From Macrostomum lignano (lineage: Eukaryota), in assembly GCA_002269645.1 (NCBI GenBank), contig NIVC01002423.1, forward strand, positions 1 through 64,000: DNA of 64,000 nt, read 5' to 3'. The notes below the pieces were generated by a model. It saw only the letters and a program-made list of their open reading frames with translations. It was not told where the DNA came from and did not search any database. The position numbers were made by a program, and so were the translations under genes. Position 1 is the stretch's first letter. Each line of letters starts with the position of its first letter. This document shows, piece by piece, positions 1 to 10,810 of this stretch.

Positions 1-367
1 TGTGGAAGTATAACTGGTGTATAAACGAATGACCATTGGTGTAAAGATCGTGTAAACTTGTGAACCTTCGCCTTATTTAATGCCTGCTGAATGAGTCTTA
101 TAACGTTCATAGATAAAGTTGAAGGCGTTTATAAATAGGGTGCAACATACAGTGGAACAGATTTTATCTCAGCAATGAGCGTACTATACTTGACGTTACA
201 AGACTGCTTAATCAGTTCGTACAAATTGTGGGGTATACGCAAACAAACGTTTGAGGTGACAGCTTACTTAAAATTGTCTTTTCGCGCGAACTTATTAAGC
301 AACGTCAATACATTACAATGGGCTTGGACAGTACAAGGAGCACACAGGCGTATAGGCCCGAGCAAAT

Positions 368-3148
368 TCACGAAAAAGATAGTTGCGCATGCGGCAGCGC
401 TACTACATGCGTGTCGCTGACAGCACATGATCCCACAATCATTTTGATAGGAACACGAATAACATAGCCGCCAATGTCACCGAAGGGATCGCAAGCCAGC
501 TTCCGGACGTGGATGAGTCGGCAACCTCGATTTGGCGCATCAACCGGAACGGCCACGAGCACTGATAGAGGATCCTCCATCGGTGCGGCCAGACGGAGCG
601 GTTGCATCAGTAGATGTAGATCGCCTACATCCTCATCCTCTTCCAATTCGTAGACGCGACCAAAGTCTATCGCTGACCGACCAGCGTCAGTCCAGACGGC
701 AACAAAGCTGGAGACAACTCTTTTCTGTGACATAGATTGTCTGAACACATCGATCATTGTGCCGTCATGCAATGTAACTCGCTCCCATTTACTCGGGTTT
801 CCAGCATATCTTCTAGGTCGTGAAACTGTGCCACACCTGATGTTCTTCGTTGTCATGCGTCTGGCTACTGGCGTGTCAGTCAACTGAAGATCTTCAGTTG
901 TCTTGTCCGCCAATTGTGCCACTAATAGCTCAGTTTGGATGACGTTCGCTATTTCTACGTCGGTCGCTCGCGAACCGCGTATGCGTTTACGAATACTACA
1001 ATGAAATGACTCGAACAGCGATGCTGATAACTGGTGTATTGGCCCTGCCAACTCTGCGTGCATCAGGGTATGCACGCATACCTGATGAGCGTTATAAGTC
1101 AATGCCCGATTCGAGAACATCATCGGGAGTAGGCGATGGAAGTACGATAATGTCGTTCGCACATGTGTCAGCTCGCGGATCGAGGAACCAACGCATGACA
1201 ATGCGAACATTGCGGACGATAGAGCCAGCAGTAGCTGATAGTACCTGCCGTGATCATAGCATGCAAGGAAATCTTCCAGTACCATCGGACCGTAAGCTAA
1301 CATCCACATTTCAAAATCGTGGCCCCGATACCTCTTCAATAGGTTTAGTGACCTTGGTCCGCGTCTCTGAACACTACGCGGCACTCGAATTCTTGCGAGC
1401 CGTTCATCAATCAGGCTAATCCGTCGGTACAAATCGGGGTTTCTCGACGTCTGGTCTGGCTTTTGATGTCGTATTAGGAACAACTGGTACATCAGATAGC
1501 CGGTCAGACCAGCACAGGTTTGGTGCAAATAACACGGCGGGCAACCCCTAATGTAGTCGAACCCGGCCAGTTCACTCAGTGGAGACTTGGCTCGCACTCC
1601 AAGCGTGTCTGTCTTGTCGTCAGTACGAGCCACGCGCATTCTGTCTCTTTCATATTCGTGCCGATCGGCAAGCATGTTAGTGTCGGTGACGCACCGAAAC
1701 TCTGTCTGTGTACACCCACGTCTGACAGCGGCGTTCAGCATAGCGTTGGTGATTTCGAGCGGAAACATACGTCCGGATCCAAACGGCTGTTTTTTTGTTC
1801 GAATATAACATTTTTCGCATCCGTATATCGCGTTGAATCGCTTCATACCTAGTGCATCCGCTCGTGCTGGGGCATCGAAGATGGCCTGGAAAGGGTGCAA
1901 TCTAAGGATTTGCTTATCGCCGTGTCCGTCTACATATTCGACGCCTTGGAACCTTAGATCGTTCAACAGACGAACAACAATTGGTAGGAAACTTTCCGCA
2001 TGCAATTTAACGTGTCCAGCCCAGACTCCGCATACAATCACGTACTTATACTTCATGCGTTCGTACACCTCTGTTACAGACATGTACACTGGACAGACCT
2101 CGACGTTACTGCTTTTCCGCAACGAAAATCCGTCTGAACATAGCGTGTACGACAGATCGCATCTACGTCGAGGTTCAATCGACGCTAGGAACTCCCTGTA
2201 CAGTGCACTGTTGACGTAGTGTAACTGACGTCTAAACATGTCGTCTGACGGTTGATCAGCCGGCCACACAACAGTCTCCAGCATTCCGCGTCGGATGCAG
2301 CGCCGAAGTTGATCTTTTGCGTCACATAGCCAGAAGCTTGCAACTTCTTCGCTACCGCAAGTTGAACACGTCGGCGCGTTTCGACCGAGTCGATTTTGTC
2401 TACACTTCGCACACACAGTGTAGCATTCTGAGGTCGGTAATGCAGATCTGCATTCTTGTCGAAAGCGAGCTTTCACAACCTCAGAAAGTACATGCGGCGA
2501 CCGCGGCACATCAGCGCTAGGCATCAGTTTGCGTAATAAACCTAGTAGTTCTCTTTTCTGCTCTCTGCATGCTTTCCACTTGGAGCAGTAGTCCGCAATT
2601 AATGTGGCCGCTTCTCCTGTCGTTAGAAGCACATCCGCTTCGGCTATTTTATGAAATGGTCTGTCTATGAAAATAGGATCAGCTCTCGAACTGGCTGGAT
2701 CGCTCTGGTCGGATGCGTCGCTGCCCTCCTCATTGAGGCTGGCTGGGTCGATCTGGTCGGATGCGTCGCTACCCTCTTCGTTGAGACTGGCTGGGTCGCT
2801 CTGGTCGGATGCGTCGCTGCCCTCCTCATTGAGGCTGGCTGGGTCGATCTGGTCGGATGCGTCGCTACCCTCTTCGTTGAGACTGGCTGGGTCGCTCTGG
2901 TCGGATGCGTCGCTGCCCTCCTCATTGAGGCTAGGGACCAGAGTGTTTGATGGCAGATCTGCCAGATTCGCGCGTTTGTCGCGTAATCGACGTTGCCGTA
3001 ATGCTTGCATTCTCTGCTGGCCAGTCAATGCGGGTGCGGCCCTTTTACGTATGCCAAGCCGCCAATTTCTCATATAGTGCGTTGCATTGTGCGTTTCGTC
3101 CGTCTGTTCCGGCCCTGCAGACTGTGCTGAGGTGCCGGCCTTGTCCAT
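368..3148 (-). CDS. CACTA/EnSpm-type (CMC superfamily) DDE transposase, 926 aa, uninterrupted
   Basis: Single ORF with the motif order of TnpD-like transposases: N-terminal CxxC..CxxC (CAKC...CSTC), LCSDG (first D), FDAPARA (second D), GCEKC (C(2)C), PPCYLH ([M/L]H), NAHQVCVH (H(4)H), LFESFH (E). Identified by motif recognition, no HMM run. Confidence 0.85.
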   Translation of the reverse strand: MDKAGTSAQSAGPEQTDETHNATHYMRNWRLGIRKRAAPALTGQQRMQALRQRRLRDKRANLADLPSNTLVPSLNEEGSDASDQSDPASLNEEGSDASDQIDPASLNEEGSDASDQSDPASLNEEGSDASDQIDPASLNEEGSDASDQSDPASSRADPIFIDRPFHKIAEADVLLTTGEAATLIADYCSKWKACREQKRELLGLLRKLMPSADVPRSPHVLSEVVKARFRQECRSALPTSECYTVCAKCRQNRLGRNAPTCSTCGSEEVASFWLCDAKDQLRRCIRRGMLETVVWPADQPSDDMFRRQLHYVNSALYREFLASIEPRRRCDLSYTLCSDGFSLRKSSNVEVCPVYMSVTEVYERMKYKYVIVCGVWAGHVKLHAESFLPIVVRLLNDLRFQGVEYVDGHGDKQILRLHPFQAIFDAPARADALGMKRFNAIYGCEKCYIRTKKQPFGSGRMFPLEITNAMLNAAVRRGCTQTEFRCVTDTNMLADRHEYERDRMRVARTDDKTDTLGVRAKSPLSELAGFDYIRGCPPCYLHQTCAGLTGYLMYQLFLIRHQKPDQTSRNPDLYRRISLIDERLARIRVPRSVQRRGPRSLNLLKRYRGHDFEMWMLAYGPMVLEDFLACYDHGRYYQLLLALSSAMFALSCVGSSIRELTHVRTTLSYFHRLLPMMFSNRALTYNAHQVCVHTLMHAELAGPIHQLSASLFESFHCSIRKRIRGSRATDVEIANVIQTELLVAQLADKTTEDLQLTDTPVARRMTTKNIRCGTVSRPRRYAGNPSKWERVTLHDGTMIDVFRQSMSQKRVVSSFVAVWTDAGRSAIDFGRVYELEEDEDVGDLHLLMQPLRLAAPMEDPLSVLVAVPVDAPNRGCRLIHVRKLACDPFGDIGGYVIRVPIKMIVGSCAVSDTHVVALPHAQLSFS
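2691..2931 (-). repeat. 48-bp coding tandem repeat (x5) giving an acidic 16-aa repeat SLNEEGSDASDQ(S/I)DPA in the transposase N-terminus
   Basis: Repeat is directly visible in the DNA and in the 926-aa translation; two alternating variants. Confidence 0.95.
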
Positions 3149-4138
3149 CCTGGAGAAGTCAGATTTCGACTGTTCTGTAACGAAACGGTATAATAATAAT
3201 AATCGGAGGAACTACATGACATTCATGTATGCAATAGGTTTAGATGAATGTGTCAACTCTATATAGACGTGGGTAGCTATTCTAGATCACTACGGTATCC
3301 TACTTAAAATGAGGGGATCAATGACTTCTGCTAATACTACTGATTATTGATTGTGATTGATTGATTAGTGATACTGATTGTTACTACATACGATTGTTCT
3401 AACATATGGGCGGATGAACGGTGACACTTGAATTTTTGCAATAGAAACCATGACTAGATAGTTCAATGAAATGAATGCAAGGCAATGCAATCGGGATCTG
3501 TAATAAAACGGAAGCACACGTTTTCGTAAAAAACAAGTTAAGTAACAAGAGGTGGAATTTGCTTACTGGGAAATGCATAAAAGTCAATAATGAGATAGGA
3601 TGGATACGAATAGTTAAAAGAAAACATAATTGCACAAATGTAACGCGTAATAATGTCATATTAAAGTACTTAGGTTTCGATATGTTCTCCGTTTGTTGGC
3701 TGGCAGATTTGGCCTGCTAGATTGTTCATCTGCTGCTATAGCTACCAAACGGTGCTATATTCACTCTGCTTTTATCTTCACTCTGATGTAACGGCGCTCA
3801 ACGGCGCTCAACTGCACTGTCCTCAGTTACTAATAAATGAAAAAATGGTACGAAACTGCAAGCATCAAATGCCGAACTGACAAGTAAGTAATAAACGAAA
3901 AAATACTTTACTAGTTACTTGGGTACGCGGGTTTGGCATCCGATATTCGAATACGGCCAAACCTCTGTACTTTGGCTGGCAGATCTGCCAGCCTCCGCAC
4001 AGACACCAGACTGGCCACATTTGCCCTTCTAGATTGTTCAGAAGTCCGTTCTGACAGTTTCTGTGCACGCGTATTCAATTTCAACCGATAACAATTCACA
4101 GCTAGAACAGGTACATAACATACGTCCAATTACAGTCG

Positions 4139-4619
4139 GAACTGGGCCTTGGATCGGGGCAGGTGCACTTTATCCTGCACGAACACCTGGGACTGCAGAA
4201 GCAGTGCACTCGATGGGTGCCCCGTTCGCTGTCACAGAAGCAGGGACGGGCCAGGGAGGACTGGTGTGGGAAAATGTTAAGAGAATTCGCCTGAGGAGTA
4301 TCAAGGAAGGTTTTTGACATCGTTAGTGGTGATGAGACCTGGGTGTACCAGTACGATCAGAGCCAAACCGTCAGTCGACAGTATGGTGCTTCTCCGGAGA
4401 TGACCATCCAACCAATGTGCAGAGGCCCCGTAGTGTCAGAAAGAAGATGGTCGCATCTCTCAGCACGGTTGACTTATGACTTCCGTAGCAAAAGGGAGTC
4501 AAGTTGGTCTCCCACCCACCCACCTTACTCAAATGACATGGCCCCCTACGACTTTTTTGCTTTGTTTCGTTATTAGCATTATAACCATACCATTCTAAAA
4601 AGTTTCGGATTGACCCTCG
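4139..4619 (+). mobile_element. Degenerate mariner (Tc1/mariner) transposase relic with right TIR
   Basis: Translation gives ELGLGSGQVHFILHEHLGLQKQCTRWVP (WVPHEL-like), DIVSGDETWVYQYD (first catalytic D, from 4316) and HPPYSNDMAPYDFF (YSPDLAP-like). Frameshift, stop and internal deletion present. Ends ...gattgaccctcg followed by TA (4620-4621). Left TIR not found. Confidence 0.85.
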
Positions 4620-4683
4620 TATACAGGGCCGCAACATGCACAAAAACTGTCCGACTGAACTATACAAAAATAGACACAACGCT

Positions 4684-6784
4684 TCACAAGTCACAAATTA
4701 GTTCATGAACCGGGCAATCGCCGTCCCTGTGCGTACACTCTGGACCAAAGTCCTTCGGTATGGAGCACAGCAACTCGTCGATCGACGGGTTGTCTGTGCT
4801 ACACGCGGCATCGGCATGTCGAGTGGCAAGCAGGCGCGGGACGCTGACCCTGTCAGGCAGTAGGCCCATGCTGTCGAAAGCGTCTCTGCGACGCGTCGCC
4901 TCGTCGCCGGCGCACTTTAACAGTTCAACGCTGGGCTCGCCGGCATTAAAATTTAAATAATGGCCTTCTACGACCACAGTCATGATGCTGTAGCATAATA
5001 CAATATGCTGCAGACACCTCAGCTCGTTTGGCCCAGCTTTAAGCAGTCTGGCGCAGGCGTCGCCGAGCAGTGCGTCAGTTATTCGGCGACGACCGCCGCC
5101 ACTGTTTCCCTGACGCCCGCCAAGCTGCTCAGTATACCCAAACTCCATGAACAGCGCCTGCGATGCCGTGCACAGCGGTGCATCGCAATCGACACTGTCC
5201 TGCATACTGTGGTATGCAGGCTTTGATTTTGAAGGCAGTTTAAACGCTTTCAGCGTATGCCGAAGCATATACTGGGCCGCGTCAAAGTTAGAAGTGCCGT
5301 GTCGATGGTTTAGAGTCTGATGCAGACCCAATACAAGCACGGCAAGACGCTGGGCTAGTAGTCCGTTCTCTATGTGCAACACCATTGTTGACTTGGCCAA
5401 GCAGATCTGCTGGCCCTCGTTGATGAAATGATTGGTTAAAGGCTGCACCAAACGTGCTACATTGGCCGGCCAGTCGAAAATTGACACTGCAGTTAGTGCA
5501 TCGCACCCGCATTGTACGGCGCGTATGCGCGCCTCTTCCCTGCCTGCGGAGATGGCATTTGCATGACGCTCTCCGAGTGTCAGGCGGCGATTTGGTGGGT
5601 TTAGCGGCTGAAACACTAATTGTTGATTTTGTACACAAAGTCGAAAAACGTCCTCACAGTGCGTGCCGACGAAGCCGCTAATGTCACGGTCGGCCATCGA
5701 TGTACTGACACCGCGAATAGCATATGCTAATGGCTGGCTAGTCAGCATTGAGAACCGCCGTTCAACTGTGTCAAATGGCGTGCCACATTCATCTCCCGCG
5801 TCCACTATGGCGCACAGTATACGGACGATTGACTCTATACACATCATCTGCAAAGGTATTATTGTATGCGCGTTTATCAGTAGCATTGCTATGGCATTAC
5901 AAGCAGTATATGAATAGTCGAATTCTACTTACGCGTGCGTCGTCCATAATTTCAGCGAAAGTTTTTCTAATCGATTCGACGGCGGCAGCGTCTGCAGGGT
6001 CGACGGATGCAGCTGCGACAGGAGCGCAATACTGGCCGCGACGCTGGGCGTTGGCTGGCAGATCTGCCGGCCGCCGCCCATGTGTCGGCTTTGCCACCTG
6101 GCCGGAAGGTGTTTGCGCTGATGCCGCATTTCTTGGTGGTCCCCTGCTAGGACAGTCGTTCTGAGCTGCTGCAGCTGCGATAGGTGCGCGAGATTGGCCG
6201 AGACGCTGGGCGTTGGCTGGCAGATCTGCCGGCCGCCGCCCATGTGTCGGCTTTGCCACCTGGCCGGAAGGTGTTTGCGCTGATGCCGCATTTCTTGGTG
6301 GTCCCCTGCTAGGACAGTCGTTCTGAGCTGCTGCAGCTGCGATAGGTGCGCGAGATTGGCCGAGACGCTGGGCGTTGGCTGGCAGATCTGCCGGCCGCCG
6401 CCCATGAGTCGGCTTTGCCACCTGGCCGGAAGTGGTTTTCGCTGATGCCGCATTTCCTGGCGTCTCTTCATCGACGACGATGTCGCTGCCGTCGACGTGC
6501 AGCAGCCCTTTGCAGTGCACATTCACGAATTCGCGCACACTAGCGCAGCCAACGCTCTGGACTGCCTCAACAAGCGTTTGGCGCCGGACAGCTTGGCACG
6601 TTTTGTTGATTTCTGTCAAACTTTTACGAGTATTCCTTTGTTCAAATGATTGCTGTGGCCGAGGTACACGAATCATTGTTATTAGCTGTTCGCGCAGCTG
6701 CGTGACCGAGTAGTCGACACAGTTTGTACCAATGGTGGTTTGCATTTCGCAGTATGATGCAAGGTCTGAAATTGCAACATACAT
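4684..6784 (-). CDS. Two-exon companion gene of the CACTA-like element (about 671 aa, unknown function, TnpA-like position)
   Basis: Exon 1 6784-5933 ends ...MDDAR|gtaagt. The 85-bp intron 5932-5848 ends cctttgcag|. Exon 2 5847-4684 starts MMCIES in phase 0. Same strand as, and upstream of, the transposase. No recognisable domain. Confidence 0.65.
6035..6455 (-). repeat. 162-bp coding tandem repeat (about 2.6 copies; 54-aa low-complexity unit)
   Basis: acgctgggcgttggctggcagatctgcc recurs at 6041, 6203 and 6365 (162-bp period). Confidence 0.95.
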
Positions 6785-7235
6785 TTTTTAATTGTATCGT
6801 CGAATTGAACGCACGGTGTTAAAGTACATGTTCTATCTCAGTGAATATTTCTGCCAACTGCAATTAATGATAAACATTTGCTAAAATTACTAGCTGCATA
6901 CAGGTACGAATATATGTATACTAGTCTCCTGCCCAACGTCCATACACTGAACCATCAAAGATACTAAAAATGGGAAAAAATGCTTCATTGCTTGCTTGTA
7001 TTCTGATATACTAACAAAATTTCCTATACACTAAAGTTGAGCTATATGTAGTTATCAGTACGATATGCGCTCCGTTACCCTTTGATATACGCGCTAGTAT
7101 AATGAAACTACCAATTTTAAAATGATAAGAAAGAAATGAATGCAGAACACGTAAACAGACAAACTTCTATTCGTAGATTTATTTATGTCAGCTGTACAGG
7201 ATCTGTACGACAATACCAAGACAAGATTACCGACT

Positions 7236-9128
7236 GCTGCCTTGAACCACACTAGAAGCGAGGATTGATTATCCGTCGCAGGTCAGCTTATCAAAGCTGC
7301 CTTGAGCCACACTAGAAGCGAGGATTGATTATCCTTCGCAGGTCAGCTTATCAAAGCTGCCTTGAGCCACACTAGAAGCGAGGATTGATTATCCGTCGCA
7401 GGTCAGCTTATCAAAGCTGCCTTGAGCCACACTAGAAGCGAGGATTGATTATCCGTCGCAGGTCAGCTTATCAAAGCTGCCTTGAGCCACACTAGAAGCG
7501 AGGATTGATTATCCGTCGCAGGTCAGCTTATCAAAGCTGCCTTGAGCCACAACAGATATGGTTACCGACCGTTGTAGTCTGTATAGACTACTCGCTTGAC
7601 TTGATCTGCTCACGGCTGGTGCAACTGCAAACGCCTTAGACAAACCAATGGAGCATGCACCGACAAAAATCGGGTTAGCGTCTATCTTAATAGGAAAGTT
7701 GCTTTGCATACTGGGCCAGATAGAGCTATTTGGAACCATGCCACAGTCTCCGTCTAGACACCCAGCTGTGCCAAACAATATGGTTGGCTGACTATGCTTC
7801 TAAGCGTCAAATATGACGATAGAATCATTCAGCCGGTTGACACACTAAGCAGCTTTGATAGACTACATGCCAGTGGTAGTCAAACCTCTCGCAAACAATC
7901 AGGGCGCAACAATTTTTCAATTGTCACCTGTACGGAGGATGGGCACAGCCTCACATTACGGACGCTACAGTGCCGCCGTAAAGCAGATCAATTCACCTTG
8001 CACTTTCGAGGCTTTATTATCCCTCGGATTAAAGATTGATCCGCCTAGTCAAATAAAAGTGACTACTCTTAGCCGCTGCCTTGAGCCACACTAGAAGCGA
8101 GGATTGATTATCCGTCGCAGGTCAGCTTATCAAAGCTGCCTTGAGCCACACTAGAAGCGAGGATTGATTATCCGTCGCAGGTCAGCTTATCAAAGCTGCC
8201 TTGAGCCACACTAGAAGCGAGGATTGATTATCCGTCGCAGGTCAGCTTATCAAAGCTGCCTTGAGCCACACTAGAAGCGAGGATTGATTATCCTTCGCAG
8301 GTCAGCTTATCAAAGCTGCCTTGAGCCACACTAGAAGCGAGGATTGATTATCCGTCGCAGGTCAGCTTATCAAAGCTGCCTTGAGCCACACTAGAAGCGA
8401 GGATTGATTATCCGTCGCAGGTCAGCTTATCAAAGCTGCCTTGAGCCACACTAGAAGCGAGGATTGATTATCCTTCGCAGGTCAGCTTATCAAAGCTGCC
8501 TTGAGCCACACTAGAAGCGAGGATTGATTATCCGTCGCAGGTCAGCTTATCAAAGCTGCCTTGAGCCACACTAGAAGCGAGGATTGATTATCCGTCGCAG
8601 GTCAGCTTATCAAAGCTGCCTTGAGCCACACTAGAAGCGAGGATTGATTATCCGTCGCAGGTCAGCTTATCAAAGCTGCCTTGAGCCACAACAGATATGG
8701 TTACCGACCGTTGTAGTCTGTATAGACTACTCGCTTGACTTGATCTGCTCACGGCTGGTGCAACTGCAAACGCCTTAGACAAACCAATGGAGCATGCACC
8801 GACAAAAATCGGGTTAGCGTCTATCTTAATAGGAAAGTTGCTTTGCATACTGGGCCAGATAGAGCTATTTGGAACCATGCCACAGTCTCCGTCTAGACAC
8901 CCAGCTGTGCCAAACAATATGGTTGGCTGACTATGCTTCTAAGCGTCAAATATGACGATAGAATCATTCAGCCGGTTGACACACTAAGCAGCTTTGATAG
9001 ACTACATGCCAGTGGTAGTCAAACCTCTCGCACACAATCAGGGCGCAACAATTTTTCAATTGTCACCTGTACGGAGGATGGGCACAGCCTCACATTACGG
9101 ACGCTACAGTGCCGCCGTAAAGCAGATC
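7236..9128. repeat. Higher-order repeat: 60-bp tandem arrays (7236-7550, about 5 units; 8075-8689, about 10 units), each followed by the same unique segment (7551-8074; 8690-9128, truncated)
   Basis: Unit ccacactagaagcgaggattgattatccgtcgcaggtcagcttatcaaagctgccttgag is near-identical in all copies. The identical 89-aa ORFs at 7509 and 8648 show the 1139-bp duplication. Stops occur in all six frames of the unit. Confidence 0.95.
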
Positions 9129-9639
9129 AGTTGTCTCATTAGGGCGAGGTTTCATTACCCCTCGCTTCTTAAGAGGAATTAGCGCCGCTGACCAAACGGA
9201 TGCCAGGGATTGCCTGATGGGATAACCATTTGCTGGGGTCTGTATTCAGCGGTTTTCCATCGGAGGCTTCCTCTCAAAATCCCCATGGTACTTGTAATGG
9301 ATGCCCGACTGATTCCCACTGGTCCTAAAATTTTTCCGGATCATCACCGCCTGGTACTTGGCTGAACTTCGGCTCAAGGGGAGCTGATCTGGATGATTTT
9401 TCCGGATCACTGGGGAATTCCGACTGAAGTCTCGAAATCTCACCCGGAGCATTTTCATCTGGAATCCTACTGAAATTCGGGTCTACACCCAGAATTCAGT
9501 AGAGTTCTGGGTGAAAACTTGACGGAAAATCCAACCGGAACAGTTTCCTTTTCCCAAAATACTACCAGATCATATTTCTGGACCTTTTTCCGGGAAAAAA
9601 GTGCTGTTCCGTGCCAAAAAAACTGATTCGGGCCTTCAT

Positions 9640-10260
9640 CAGGAAATAATAAATTAAAAATCGGGCGAAAATCCGATTCAAACAAGATTCAGTCAAACCA
9701 GATAACATAGAAATATCTGGTGGCGAATCTTGTACTGTTATCTGATTTTCAAACAAGATTCGCGCCATGTTATCGGGCGAAATTCCGATTCAAACAAGAT
9801 TCAATCAAACAAGATAACAAAAAATTACCTGGTGGCGAATCTTGTACTGTTATCTGATTTTCAAACAAGATTCGCACCATGTTATCCTGTGAAATTCCGA
9901 TTCAAACAAGATTCAATCAAACAAGAAAACAGAGAATTATCTGGTGGCGAATCTTGTCATGTAATCTGATTTTCAAACAAGATTCGCGCCATGTTATCTG
10001 GTGAAATTCAGATAACTCACCAGATAACAGTCAAACAAGAAAACAAAAAATTATCTGGTGGCGAATCTTGTCATGTAATCTGATTTCTAAGCAAGATTCG
10101 GGCCATGTTATCTGGTGAAATTCAGATAACTCACCAGATAACAGTCAAACAAGAAAACAAAAAATTACCTGGTGACGAATCTGGTGGTTTCACCAGTTTC
10201 GCAACTCAAACAAGGAAATCGGTAGTGAATCTGACAAGATTCGCAAATTATCTTGTGGCG
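9640..10260. repeat. Degenerate minisatellite of roughly 110-120 bp with internal inverted arms (tggcgaatcttg ... caagattcgc)
   Basis: Recurring blocks tcaaacaagattc / tctggtggcgaatcttgt / ttatctg, about 5 units. Confidence 0.8.
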
Positions 10261-10355
10261 TTATCTGTTTTATTTACCAGAGGGTGCGATCCTATGCAGT
10301 CTTATTTTGAATGTCTAAAGTCTTATCTAGAGCGTCAAAAGCGATATATCAATAC

Positions 10356-10667
10356 CATGGAGGAAAGAATAGAATGGAGTGCTAATCTGAGCCAGTTATT
10401 TTTATCTCGCTCGATTTTCGCTTTAAACATCCCTTTCCCCCCGTTCCTTCCTATTGGCTGAAAGCATATTCTGATACGAGCTCGTACTATGCTGGGACAG
10501 ACCTTTTCAGAGGGGAACGAAAACGAAAACGAGACGAAAAATACTTTGTCTATGGCAGTCACGAGCCAATAGGAAAGAACGGGGGGAAAAGGATGTTAAA
10601 AGTAAAGATCTAGCGAGACAAAAATAACTTGCTCAGATTAGCACTCCATTCTATTCTTTCCTCCATG
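10356..10667. mobile_element. MITE (312 bp) with TIRs of about 110 bp starting CATGGAGG and a perfect 8-bp TSD (hAT- or P-type)
   Basis: Left end catggaggaaagaatagaatggagtgctaatctgagc is the reverse complement of the right end gctcagattagcactccattctattctttcctccatg. atcaatac flanks both sides (10348-10355 and 10668-10675). Confidence 0.92.
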
Positions 10668-10810
10668 ATCAATACCATCTTCAGTGTGTATGCCTTCTTT
10701 CAATTCCAAAATACAAGCGCTCGATTTGGCTTGGCCACAAGCACGACCATGCCCCTAAACTCTCATTGACTGAAAAGTAAATAGCCTTGTGCTCCATATA
10801 AGTAGCCATC

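Noticed and set aside
7249-7260. CACTAG in each 60-bp unit as the terminus of the CACTA-like element
   Set aside because: Wrong orientation for the right end of an element lying to the left (TAGTG would be needed), and no matching TIR or TSD was seen.
7236-8689. CRISPR-like array
   Set aside because: Units are contiguous identical 60-mers with no unique spacers; no cas genes; eukaryotic context.
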